64,000 bases of DNA from Octopus vulgaris (lineage: Eukaryota): NCBI GenBank assembly GCA_951406725.2, contig OX597831.1, positions 42,284,001-42,348,000 on the forward strand. The letters are read 5' to 3'. The notes beneath the pieces were generated by a model. It was not told the origin of the DNA. It saw only the letters and a list, made by a program, of their open reading frames with translations, and searched no databases. The position numbers and the translations under genes were made by a program. Position 1 is the stretch's first letter. The number at the start of each line of letters is the position of its first letter. Shown here in pieces: positions 51,452-64,000 of this stretch.

Positions 51452-51458
<7 letters not shown>
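51247..51458 (+). mobile_element. Mariner deletion derivative / MITE
   Basis: Imperfect TIRs (tgctg.aaagttcct...cttt); interior encodes GLEKLKDCCNKCGNLREECVA*, resembling a mariner transposase C-terminus. Confidence 0.7.
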
Positions 51459-51488
<30 letters not shown>

Positions 51489-51973
51489 TATAGGTGCAGG
51501 CATGGCTGTGTGGTAGGAAGCTTGCTTCTGAACGACAATTCTGTGTTCAGTCCCGCTGCATGATACCTTGGGCAAGTGTCTTCTACTATAGCCTTGGGCT
51601 GACCAAAGTCTTGTGAGTGGATTTGGTAGACGGAAACTAAAAGAAACCCATCGTCTATATGTGTGTGTGTCTGTGTTTGTTCCCCAACCATTGCTTGACA
51701 GTCGATGTTGGTGTATTTACATCCCTGTAACTTAGCAGTTTGGCAAAAGAGACTGATAGAATATGTACTAGGCTTACAAAGAATAAGTCCTGAGGTTGAT
51801 TTGTTCAACTAAAGGTGATGCTCCTGCATGGCTGCAGTCAAATGACTGAAACAAGTAAAAGAATAAAAGAATATATATATATATATATAAAGTTCAATCC
51901 ATGCCAGCATGAAAAATGGGCGTTAAATGATCATATGATGATAATATGTATATTTTGTTTCTAATCTTTCCAG

Positions 51974-52070
51974 TGGACAGCAACCAGCTACTACCATTTT
52001 GGCATCAGAGGATTCTTCATTTACTGCAGTACAATCACGAGCAGTTAACAGCTCACCTACTCCTGGCCAG
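51974..52070 (+). CDS. ITSN1: Intersectin exon q (SH3A-B linker ending SSPTPGQ)
   Basis: tttccag acceptor, CAG|gtatgt donor; phase 2 in, 0 out. Confidence 0.88.
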
Positions 52071-52561
52071 GTATGTAAGCTATTTCAAATGCTGCTGTTA
52101 TTATACTTGATTTTCCTCCTCCCCATCATCATCATCATCACCACCACCACCACCATCATCATCATCATCTGGGCCGATGGCAGAAACTAGAAAACCAGAC
52201 AAAAAAGTGCTTTATAGAAGTACACAGTTACAGCATTTTACACTGTGTGTTGAAATTCTTCAATATTTCAGGGTCATTGAAGTACCCAGTGACATACTGG
52301 GTGGATCAACCAACTATATTTTTATGTTGCAATTTTATGTTTGGTCTTTTGGCAATGTTAGAAATTTTTGTCGTCATCATCATCATCATCATTATCATCA
52401 TCATGGAGAGGTACAGGCTTGGCTGTATGGTTTAGAAGTTTGCGTTGTGGTTTGAAGTTCTGTCCCATTGCATGGCAACCTTGGAGAAAGTGTCTAATGC
52501 TATGATCTTGGGCTGACCAATGCCTTGTGAAGAGAATTTGTAGACAGAAACTATATGGAAG

Positions 52562-52790
52562 TGGCGAACTGGCAAAAACGTTAGTAGGCCGGATTAAATG
52601 CTTAGCGGTATTTCGTCTGTCTTTACGTTCTGAATTCAAATTCCGCCGAGGTCGACTTTGCCTTTCATCCTTTCGGGGTCGATTAAATAAGTACCAGTTA
52701 CGCACTGGGGTCGATATAATTGACTTAATCCGTTTGTCTGTCCTTGTTTGTCTCCTCTGTGTGTAGCCCCTTGTGGACAATAAAGAAATA
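52562..52790 (+). mobile_element. SINE family B (Nin-domain-like core gcctttcatcctttcggggtcg) with a 16-bp TSD
   Basis: agaaactatatggaag at 52546-52561 and 52791-52806. Relatives: + at about 2950, 8160, 10232, 38880; - at about 23000, 23370, 28035, 50823, 60860, 61440, 61680. Confidence 0.88.
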
Positions 52791-53474
52791 AGAAACTATA
52801 TGGAAGCTCATTCCACCTTAGGGCATGTGTATGTGTGAGTGTGTGTTTATCTAAACATTTAATTCATAATCATTAACTCAATAAAACAGATTTTGTTGAA
52901 CTACTAACAATTCAGGATTAAATATGCATTCACCCTCAGGCTTATCCTTGAGTTCTTTATTCTAAGTGACAGACACAGCTTTGACCTTTGGAAAATGTAT
53001 ACATACATATATATTTATAGTATCGCAGGATTGGCTGTATGGTAAGTAGCTTGCTTACCAACCACATGGTTCCGGGTTCGGTCCCACTGTGTGGCACCTT
53101 GGGCAAGTGTCTTCTACTATAGCCTCGGGCCGACCAAAGCCTTGTGAGTGGATTTGGTAGACGGAAACTGAAAGAAGCCTGTCGTATATATGTATATATA
53201 TATAAGTGTGTGTGTATATGTTTGTGTGTCAGTGTTTGTCCCCCTAGCATTGCTTGACAACTGATGCTGGCATGTTTATGTCCCCGTTACTTAGCAGTTC
53301 GGCAAAAGAGACCCATAGAATAAGTACTGGGCTTGCAAAAGAATAAGTCCCGGGGTCGAGTTGCTCGACTAAAGGTGGTGCACCAGCATGGCCGCAGTCA
53401 AATGACTGAAACAAGTAAATGAGTAAATGAGTATGTGTGTATTAAAAAATTTTATTCAACAAGGAAGGCAACAT

Positions 53475-53557
53475 GTACCTGAAGAAATGCACTGGATAGT
53501 TACAATGGCATTTGTAATGTTATACACTTGATGTGATTTTTGAAACACTTGTAGTAC
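53475..53557 (+). ncRNA. Type I minimal hammerhead-ribozyme motif, core intact, weak stem II
   Basis: GTAC-CTGAAGA-AA...TT-GAAA-CACTTGTA-GTAC. Confidence 0.6.
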
Positions 53558-54307
53558 TCAACAATCTCATCCATCCCAGTTCTACTGCGATTTGATTATT
53601 GCTTTGTATGCAGCCTTGGTTGCTTTTGAAACGGAGTTGTATAGTATGTGTCATCGGAAATTTCTGTGTAATCTCGATATGGTTCAAATTTATTGATCAA
53701 TTATCAAGTCATCTGTGTTCTTTATACAAGTCATGTTTATACTAAACACTAACAAACTTGTTTTACCACAGTCACCTGGCTGATCTTTTTACATCATTAG
53801 TGTTATTATAATTTTGTGTGCGCGTGTGTGTGTGTTATGTGTGTCTGCACACAAATATTAACATTGCATGGATTTTCTTGCCCTCACCGAGTGAGACGTT
53901 GATGTGATGCTTACTTACCCTGTTGACAATATGTCCAGTCATATTGTGCTTCTTTTGAAGACCACTGAAAGGAGAAACATACCTCTTATTCAAAAAATAG
54001 GCAAGGGTTGGTGACAGGAAGGGCATCTAAGATTAGGAAATCTGTTTCAAAACATTCTGTCTGACCTGTACAAGCATGGAAAAGTAGGCGCTAAAATGAT
54101 GATGATGATATACATATAAACTGCGTAACTTCTGATCTTGTAATTCCAATGTCATTATCTTTAATTCAGAGAAATTTTAACATGTCTCTGTGTTTAAGTT
54201 GCCAAAATACATTTGTTAAAGAGCAAAACATATGATACGCAGACATATGTGTCTGTGAAATCATTCATCTCTTCACTTTGAGTTTCATTGACTTTGGTCT
54301 TCAACAG

Positions 54308-54454
54308 GGTATGGCAGCTCCAGAGGGACTACAAGCTGTTGCCCTGTATCCATGGAAGGCTAAGAAAGAGAACCACCTCACTTTCAACAAAGGTGACACC
54401 ATAATTGTGAAAGAACAACAAGATATGTGGTGGTCTGGAGAACTCAATGATAAG
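54308..54454 (+). CDS. ITSN1: Intersectin exon r (SH3B: [44 protein letters not shown])
   Basis: caacag acceptor, AAG|gtttgg donor; ALYPWxAKKxNHL and EQQDMWW are diagnostic for intersectin SH3B. Confidence 0.96.
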
Positions 54455-55733
54455 GTTTGGTTTTGAGTTTGTCATTTCTGCTCTCATTTCTTTGGGTTAT
54501 TTACTATTTTTTTTTAGTTAGGGTTGGATAAATTTCTTGGACTTTAAGTTGCTGTCATTAAAAGAAATAGCATGCAGCAGATGGACACAGATATTGCTAT
54601 GTAATTAGGAAGGTTGCTTTGCAGTCATGTGCTTGCAGGTTTGATGCCTTTCCTGTTACTAACCCTCACATGTTTCCATGTCAGGTACTTCTTCTCTTGG
54701 TCCTCTGAATACCAAACAGCTCAATGGCTGTACATTTTTGCAGCATATTTAAACAATGTCAAAACTAAAATGGGAAGGTACAATGTCTCTGCCACACACA
54801 CATACACGTACAATATACGCACCTACATTTATATTCAATCTATGCATATATATATATATATGTATATGATGAGCTTCTGTGCAGTATCTGCTGACGAGAC
54901 TCATTGGTCAACCTCAGGCCCTTTTCCATATTTCCATGCAACACCAATAAAGTGAGCTTCATAGCCATACAGCAGTGCTTGCATCATCATCATCATCATT
55001 GTTATTATCATTATCATTTAATGTCTGTTTTCCCTGCTGGTGTGGGTTGGACAGTTTGATGAGATGGCAAGCTGGAGAGCCTCCCAGGCTCTAATTATCT
55101 GTTTTCGCATGGTTTTGACAGTTGGATGCCCTTCCTAATGCCAGCCACTTTACAGAGTGTACTGATTGCTTTTTCACATGGCACCAGCATGGTTGCTTTT
55201 TACATGGTGTTTTTCATGTGGTGTCAACATGGCTGCTTTTCATGTGGTGCCAGCATGGATGCTTTTTATGTGGCACTAGCTTCTGTGGGGTTGCCAAGTA
55301 GCTTGAAAGACAAGGACCTCTCGCTGAGAGTGGGCATAGAACTGAGAGAAGTGGCTGTGTGCCAGTTGAGTGGTTGGCATATGATAGAGGGACGGGGATA
55401 ACTGTCTTACTATCTCAGCATGCATTTTGGTGGAAATTTTTATACTCAAATACATAATAATATTTACCTTGCTGTAAGATTCTTTCAGTTTTAAATCATA
55501 CTGTAATAGATGTGTCAATGTGACAAATAGATATGTAATAGATGTAAGTTCTCTGAACAGAGGGAACATTTTTAGTTTTCTTTTTAATTTTTTTTTAATA
55601 TTCCTTTTTTTTTTTTTACTAATATTTCTCGTGTAAAAAAAGAAATGTCATTCCTTTACATTCTCCCTCTCTCTTTCAAATACCTCTGGTGTTTGGTCTC
55701 TGTAATAGATATGGAATGTTCTTTTTGTTACAG

Positions 55734-55792
55734 GAGGGATGGTTTCCTAAGTCATATGTGAAATTAATTGGCACCAGTGCTCCAAAGCCCAG
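55734..55792 (+). CDS. ITSN1: Intersectin exon s (SH3B end: EGWFPKSYVKLIGTSAPKP)
   Basis: ttacag acceptor, CAG|gtattt donor; GWFPKSYVKL motif. Confidence 0.94.
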
Positions 55793-58700
55793 GTATTTAT
55801 TTCTCTATTTTCCTTTTGTTTTATTGCAAATTTTTCTTCAAAATCTTGTGTTTGTTAGTTTTGCATTTGGCAACTGACAGCATTTTGTTTTAAATCAGTG
55901 GCTTGCATTTGCTTCTCTCTAATGATTCTCCTTTTGATAACTGCAGTGATTTTTACCTAACGATCTCTTGACTGTTTCTCTTTGATGATTCTGAATTGTT
56001 TATTTCTGGTAACTGTTGGCAACCATTATCATTATTCTTTTCTGAATATCAATAGAAAATAAAATGATGACCAGATGTTAGACTAAGGATTTTTATGTAA
56101 CCATTCACTCTTTGCAGAAGAAGGCTACTAGTCCTTTTACGAGAGAGAGAGAGAGACAATGGTCCTTTTCATGAGATACAATGAAAGTAGGTTTGATTAA
56201 TTTAGAGTTGTTTAGAAAATTTTGAATCCCAAGTATGGCTGTGTGGTAAGAGGCTTGCTTCCCAATCACTAAGTTCTGTGTTCAGTCCCACTTATCGCAC
56301 CTTGGGCAAGTGTCTTCTTCTGTAGCCTTGGGCTGATCAAATCTTTGTGAGTGGATTTGCAGATGGAAACTGAAAGAAGCCCATTGTATATGTGTATGTG
56401 TCTCTTTGTGTCTCCTACGACTGTTTGACAACCAGTGTTGGTGTGTTTATGTCCCTGTAACTTAGTGGTTTAACAGAAGTTGTCAATAGAATAAGTGTCA
56501 GGCTTTAAAGAAAACATAGTATAAATACTAGGATCGATTCATTCAACTAGACAAATTCTTCAAGGCAGTGCATCAGCATGGCCACAGTCTAATGACTGAA
56601 ACAAGTAAAATTTAAAAGCACCCAGAACAGATGGTGTTAGAAAGGGCATCCGACTATAGAAACCATGCCAAATCAGACTTGAGCCTTGTACAGCTCCCCA
56701 GCTTGCTAACTCTGGTGAAACCATCCAACCCATTTAATGGATGTTAAATGATGATGATTATGATGATTCTTAAAGCAGTCATCCCCCTTTTTTCTGTCTA
56801 ACACAAAAATGATGGGCTTATTGTTGGCCCTGTTGACTTTCATGAAAGTATTACTAAACCTTACAATCAATGTTCACTTAACTGTAAAATGAAGTCATGA
56901 CCCACAGATGAGAGCCACTGGTTGAAAATAAAGCAATTTGAATTTTTGTTTCCTTTTGATACTCTGCATGTTGTGATGCTTTATAATTCATGGTTTATTT
57001 CATAGTGCAGCATCCTGCATTAATATGTCTTAATTGCCCCTTATGTGTTCCTCTTTTTATGCTCGGATAATGTTTGATTGTGGAGAGGCATGGCTTAGTT
57101 GTTAGGGTGTTGGACTCATGATCATAAGATTATGGTTTCGATTCCTGGACTGGGTGACACATTATATTCATGAACAAAACATTTCATTTCATGTTTCTCT
57201 AGTCCGCTCAACTGGCCAAAATGAGTAATCTGGTGACAGACCAGCATCCTGTCCAGGTAGGGAATATATGTGCCTGGGAAACTGGCCCTAACCAGCCCTA
57301 TGAGTCTATATGACTCAGAAAGGACCTTTATCACTCTATCAATTCACAAAACAAAGACCTCAAATATTTTGATTATTTAAAATTTTCATTGTATTAACTT
57401 TTAAAATCCTTTAGCATTGAAACCAGCTGTTTTTGCTTATTCACAAATATGAAAATAAATGAATCAGTAAATAAACAAATGTAGAACCTGAAAGTTATAA
57501 CCTTCTTCTTGAAGGAAATGTGTTTCCCCATGCAAAATTACAGCTACACAGGTGCAAAACTTTAGTCTACAACTTGGAGGGTGCATATAAATACACTTAC
57601 TTCACTTATCAAAAGAGGAATGAGCTCAAATCCTGCCAAGGTCAATTTTACTTTTCATTCTTTCAGGGATTGATATTACTAAAGTATCAGTCAAGTACTG
57701 GAGCAATGTAATTGGCAATGCCCCCCACTTCAAATTGCTAGCCTTGAGCCAAAATATGAAGTCATTAACTCTTTAGCATTCACATTACTCTATCAAATGT
57801 AATGCTATTTAATTCACATCATTTTTAATCAATTGTGCATTATGTCACAGCTTCAACATTTCGATGATATGATTGTTTATTTTTAGAAGGACATTGTAGG
57901 CTAGGTGCAAGAGACTAGATCTGATTTGAACCTGATATGGCAAGTTTAAATGCCTAAAGGGCTAAAAGACAAGATAATTATGTTAGCTGATGAAAGTATT
58001 TAGAGAAGATTGTTTCAAGTCAAAGAAATCAAAGTTCCTTCCTGAATATCTAACACAGTTTCACATGCCTTATTTCATCAATGTATATTAGTGTATAAGC
58101 CTTACTTTACTTTTATTTCAGTTTTGTTGTAGTTAGTATTTTTGCTGTCTCAGATTACATTTCCATTTTCTTTCTCATTGATTTCCTTCTTCTCCTCCTT
58201 GACTTCTTCAACTTTTTCTTCTTCTTTGTTGTTCCTTTTTACTTCACTAACATCAAGATAATTTTGAGCACTTTAAAACTTCTTTTTCTTACAGTTTTCT
58301 TTTTGACAAGGCATCCTTAAAAAGGTATTGTGGCTATCGGTGTGTTTACTGAGCTAGCTATTTGTATATCTGATGTATGTTTTAAAATGGATGCCACTCT
58401 GCCTGTGTCTCTTATATCTTGTTTTCAGTTTCTTAAAGCATGACAACTTTACCCTCATAAACCAGACCTCTTTCAGTTCCAGTTCCACTGCAGCTGTAAA
58501 GCTCACTCTGGATTGCCTTGCCAGACATTTTACATGTTGTTGTTGTTGTTGGATGTCTTTGGAAACACAAAGAAACCACTTTATCTATCACAGCGTTGAA
58601 TGTTTTGTATATATTTGTATCTATGGCTCCTCTAAATGTTGAACTATATATATGCATATATGTTATGTATATAAAATTTAGAATCTTTGAGAGACATAAA

Positions 58701-59239
58701 ATCAAGCATTTTTCAAGGTAATACTCAAGTATATAAAGCTGCAAATAATAGCATGCAAAATATTGGGTTGAAAGACACTTGCATGGAAAAAGTCAAAGGA
58801 AAAGTGGAACTTGTTTAATCCAATATTTACATGGTATTATTTATAGCTTTAAAAGCCTATACATGTATGTGTGTGTGTGTACACACATACACGTACATGT
58901 ATATAGACTTATATTTTCAGTGGTGCCATTTTGTGTTTTGATAAATACCAATCTCTTTAAGTAAAGTTTTTCAACTACAGCTTAAATATTTTAACCCATC
59001 CTAGCTACTTCTATTACTACTACTACTATTATTACTTTCCTATCCCTGAGTCTTGTACTGCTACTCATGTGTGCATGCACACACATGTACACAAATGTAC
59101 ACACACACATGGTGGGAGTTAACTGTGCTAAAAGTTTGCTTTTGAAGTACATGAAATGTAGACTGCATATATTAATTTAATTTTCTCCAATTTTTTTAAA
59201 ACAACAAAAAAATCTAATATTGAGTAAAATATCTGATTT

Positions 59240-59512
59240 CATTGTAATCATATGAACCTATCATCATAACTATTAGCATTATCATCATTGCTATTGTCAT
59301 AATCATCGTTATCGTCTTCATTATTGTCAACATGATTGTTATTGGATTATCATTGTCATATTCATCATTATTGTTCTCGTTATTGTCAACAGTATCGTTG
59401 TTGTTATAATCATCATTGTTGTCGTTATTGTGGACATTATCATAACTGTCATCATTATCTTTGGCATCATCATTATTACTATCAATATTGTGACCATTAT
59501 CATTGACATCAC
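59240..59512. repeat. Degenerate (ATC/ATT/TTG)n trinucleotide low-complexity tract
   Basis: Read directly; produces a spurious N/D-rich minus-strand ORF. Confidence 0.85.
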
Positions 59513-60369
59513 ATTCCTTTTTTTTTTTTCCCCCCATACTGGCATGGTTTGTTGGCTGTGCATGAGTCTTAATCCCGTGTCATCTAATCAGTGAGGCCCC
59601 GCATTCTCTATTCTGGCCTAATATCTTCCTGGTTTATAACCTGGTTATTTTCTGCTATTAATTTGTAGCACTTTTGCACCTGGCATGTCAGCAACATCCA
59701 CTTCACATCACATTTTCATATCAGTTTAGTTGTCTACCATTCATACCTCAGCCAATCACAGCATTCTCTGAATATTTTTTTTTCAAGTCCCCCTTTTTTT
59801 CTTCTCCTGAAGTCAACATTGCACATTCATTCTCTGGATCATACTGAACTCATTTATCACAGTTTTCTCGATTATTCACCTTGACTCTCCATATTTCACT
59901 ATCACACAGCATTAAGAGAACCTTTTGGTAATTGTGCGACCTGAGCCAATGAGCAAGACTACATAGTTGCTTGATCTCCTAGAAATAGCAATGAGATTTC
60001 TCTCTAATTACATTCGCCGTCTCAAGAAAAGAAAGAACACATTGGAAAGAAATATAATGCTGGAATGGTCATTCCTTTGATCAGTGAAAGTTAACATAGT
60101 GCTAAAAAAGAACAATTTTTTTTCATATCTACTTTTAGATTGTTTTTTTTTCAGATTGCTTAAATGTAGAATGGAACCCATTTTTCTATTAGATGCAATA
60201 TGTGCATGAGTGGCTGTGTGGTAAGAAGTTTTCTCAACTACACGGTTCCAGGTTCAATTCCACAGCATGACACTTTAACTTCTACTGTATCCCCAGGTCA
60301 ACCAAAGTTTTGTGAGTGGATTTGGTAGATAGAAACTGAAAGAAACTTTTTTTCTCTCTCTCTTTCTCT

Positions 60370-60407
<38 letters not shown>

Positions 60408-62614
60408 TTATGTGTGTCTGTTAGTATATCCTTGCCTTGATGTCACAAGATAGTGAATGAATGTCACCACCATGTAAGCAGTGTCCTTCATTCCCAATCT
60501 TCCATGAAAACATGTTTGACTGAAGGGGAAATATTACTCTAACTGGAAACAGGTGAAGATTAACCACAGGAAAAGCCTCACCCTCAAAATTCTGTCTGAC
60601 CTAAGTGGACATAAAATTATGATAGTAGTTCTCTGAAAAATTTCCAGTTGTAAAGGAACTTCACTGTCATTAGAAGCAGTATCCTTCATTTCTTGTCTCA
60701 TGTAAAAATGTATCTGGTCATGGGTTAATATTACCTTGTTTGAAAACAGGTGTGGGTTGGTGGCTGGAAGGGCATCCAGCTTAAAAATTCTGCTTCAACA
60801 TATTCCATCTGACTCATGAAGGTATGGAAAAAGGACATTGAAAAAAGGATGGGGATAAATATTCTTTTCTACTCTAGGCACAAGGCCTACAATTTTTTGG
60901 GAGGGGGTCACTCGATTAGATCTACCCCAGTATGCAAGGATGAAAGGCAAAGTTGACCTCAGCAGAATTTGAACTTAGAACTCAAAGACAGAAGAAATAC
61001 CGCTAAGCATTTTACCCAGCGTGTTAATGTTTCTGCCAGCTTACTGCCTTGATGGTGATAAATACCATTTACTTGCTGGATAACATCTATATGAAAATGA
61101 TACCATACTAGAAAACTAAATCCAGACTTTAAGATATTTGTTATTTCTCCCCTAAATGTTGGCTGTTGTTTTCTCTGTCTTCTCTGGCTGATAAACAACA
61201 TAAATAATGAACTGTAAGCTTGCAAATGAATTACCTTCACCTTCTTGTGATGTTACACTTCAGTAAGTCAGATGAAGTTAAGCTCTGAAACACTTGAATT
61301 GAGTTAAGCGTATAAAATTATGAGGTCTGTTTATCTTGGAGTGAAGTTTACTGAATCTGAGACGACGCGTACAAAGTGGTGATTGATTTTTGAGATCATA
61401 CATTCATTTTCTAAGTGCAAATATTAATAATAATAATAATCATTTCTACTAAAGACACAAGACCTGAAATTTTGTGGGAGGGAACTAGTCAATTACATCG
61501 ACCCCAGTGTTTCACTGGTACTTAATTTATTGAGCTCTGAAACAATGAAAGGCAAAGTTGACCTCGGTGGAATTTGAACTCAGAATGTAAAGACAGGCGA
61601 AATACCACTAAGCATTTTGCCCAGTGTGCTAACAGTCCCGCTAGCTCGCTGCCTTAGATAATGATGATGATAATTATAATAATCCTTTCTACTATAAGCA
61701 CAAGGCTTAAAATTTTTGGGGAGGGGGGTAATTCGATTACATTGACTCCAGTGTTTCACCGATAATTAATTTATTGACCCGAAAGGATGAAAGGCAAAGT
61801 CAACCCTGGTGGTGTTTGAACTCAGAATGCGAAGACAGACAAAATACTGCTAAGCATTTTACCCAGTGTGCTAACGATTCTGCCAGCTTGCCACCTATAA
61901 TAATATGCTGTGAAAAATTTAGATTTATTATTCAAAAGCTAATATTATTTAGTAATTCTCTGATATGGGAGACAACTCTTTTTATCCTCAACCCAGCATA
62001 ACCTTAACTTGGTACTGATTAAGGAAAGTTTATTTATATAAATACACGATAATTCCTCAATATATGAGTTAATTTCTTCCCAAAAATTGCTCATAAAACA
62101 AAAGCTCGTAAAGCAGAGCAATAATTTACCATAATAGCAATGTTATAAGTCGTAATTCGTTTCAGAAAAATATTTTACCTATAAAGTTTATAATACTCTT
62201 AAATAAATGGCAACAAAACAATAGTAGAATGTAAAGAATATTTTTATGTAAAGTAAAAAGAATGTCAAAATCATTTATGATAAAAAATATTATTATAAAC
62301 GTTTTCTGAATCACTTCCACTCACACTAGACTCGTGCACACCATCACTTGTAGAGGCAATCGCCGATTCCCAAGCACTCGTAGACAGACTTGAAGATTTG
62401 TTTAAAAAAAAAAAAAACAGGTCGAGAGTTGTTTGCTTAGAAGAAGCTTTTTTTCACTCTCTATAAATTTTTCGGTAACACACAGAAGCATTTGTTATGG
62501 TACTAGAAACTTCTGCACTTTGTTCAAAATTTGGATCTTGTGCTTGAAAAATAAAACTCATAAACCCGGGGTCTCTTAAAGTGGGTCCATGTAAAGTGAA
62601 ATATTACTATCTCT

Positions 62615-62683
<69 letters not shown>

Positions 62684-62688
62684 TATAT

Positions 62689-62945
62689 ATCGTTGCTATT
62701 ATGCAAAAGTGTTGTAAGTCCAAAACGTTGCTTTTTCAGAAAATGAAAAAAATAGTTTCACGAATCCATAGCAAAACTGTTGCACTACACTTTGACAATT
62801 TTTGATATCTTGGCATCTGAAGCAGCTGGAGATCTGATTGTTTGACTAAAAGAACTGGCTATTGCAAGCAAAAATAAGTATTGGAAAAAAAAGAAGTTAT
62901 TTGGCCAAATTTGGACATACGATAGTTTAACATAATAGCAATGAT
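62689..62945. mobile_element. MITE with ~36-bp imperfect TIRs
   Basis: atcgttgctattatgcaaaagtgttgtaagtccaaa / tttggacatacgatagtttaacataatagcaatgat, adjacent to a TA run. Confidence 0.7.
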
Positions 62946-64000
62946 GTTATATATCCCGTTTCATCTTTGAAATTAGACCGTAGTCATGGTGACATATTAC
63001 CTTAAAGAATTTTAGTTGAATGAATCGACCACATTACTTATTTTTGATTTTTCTTTTAAGAGTGCTACTTATGCTATTGGTCTCTTTTGCCGAACCACTA
63101 AGTTACAGGGAATGTAAACAAGCTAACACCATTTGTCAAACTGTGGTGTACGACAAACAGAGACCACATTCTCACACAACGTGTGTATGTATGTGTATGC
63201 ACACACACACACAACAAGTATCTAACAAATCTATTCACAAAGCTTTGGTTGGCCTGCTGCTCTAGTGGAAAACATTTATCCAAAGTGCCAGGCAGTGGGA
63301 CTGAATCTGGAACCATGTGTTTGGGAAGCAAACTTCTTGCCATACAGCCGTGCCTGTACCTAGATATATATGTATCACGTGACGACATGACCGACCAGAC
63401 TATCAGATGTTGCTACACATCGCTGGTCACAATGCGTTCGCAGGCCAACAGAAGAAAGAGTGGTGAAAGAGTACAGCAGGGATCACCACCCCCTGCCGGA
63501 GCTTCGTGGAGCTTTTAGGTGTTTTCGCTCAATAAACACTCACAACATCCGGTCTGGGAATCGAAACCGTGATCCTACGACCGCGAGTCCACTGCCCTAA
63601 CCACTAGGCCATTGCGCCTCCTATATATGCTGGTGTCATAATATAAATATGCCTGTGTGTATGTATGTGTTCTCATTATGGGGAGTGTGCATTTTACTTG
63701 AATGAAAATTCGTTGACTTTGTAAATTAATCTTTAAGTTGGAAGCCTGAATAATTTTCATTTAAAAGTAAATGTGGATAAAAAAAACAAAACAAAGCAAA
63801 TTTCTTTTTCAATGAATCATCCTCATCACCATCACCTCCATCCTCCACCTCCTCATCATCATGATTACCATCATCATTTTTATGTCTGCTTTACCATGCT
63901 CACATGGCTTGGGCCAGTGCCTCTTGATTTGTTGTGTTGCTTTGTCAACTCTTTCATTAGGTTCAACATACTAAGACTGAATTGTACCAATCCTCCTCAT

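Noticed and set aside
57984-58060. CTGATGA followed by a stem (also partial motifs near 730, 26912, 40070, 61270)
   Set aside because: GAAA, stem III or stem I is missing; too decayed to call a hammerhead.
59214-59563. N/D-rich and M/I/T-rich minus-strand ORFs
   Set aside because: Trinucleotide low-complexity tract.
59592-59631. Possible phase-2 exon (cag|TGAGGCCCC...CTG|gtttat)
   Set aside because: Weak pyrimidine tract and donor; no similarity to intersectin.

Overview
Eukaryotic, AT-rich, microsatellite- and transposon-dense DNA. The repeat families suggest an octopus/coleoid cephalopod genome (inferred from repeat style, not proven). The window lies inside one + strand gene, an intersectin (ITSN1/Dap160-like) endocytic scaffold. 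I reconstructed 19 GT-AG exons (1929-55792; 2320 nt, about 773 codons, all junction phases consistent) encoding the end of the EH1-EH2 linker, EH2, the KLERQ coiled coil, a Q/T-rich linker, SH3A and SH3B. The start, SH3C-E and stop lie outside the window or were not found. The introns hold RTE-clade LINE fragments, three tRNA-type SINE families, TTAA piggyBac-like and Tc1/mariner-like MITEs, three non-autonomous Helitrons, long fold-backs and minisatellites. Main leads: (i) several Penelope-type minimal hammerhead-ribozyme motifs in the introns, one with an intact catalytic core on the sense strand; (ii) a frame-essential 26-nt microexon; (iii) an internal in-frame donor that could switch a 110-aa WxxF/polyQ module in or out. 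Almost all supplied ORFs are microsatellite or repeat artefacts.
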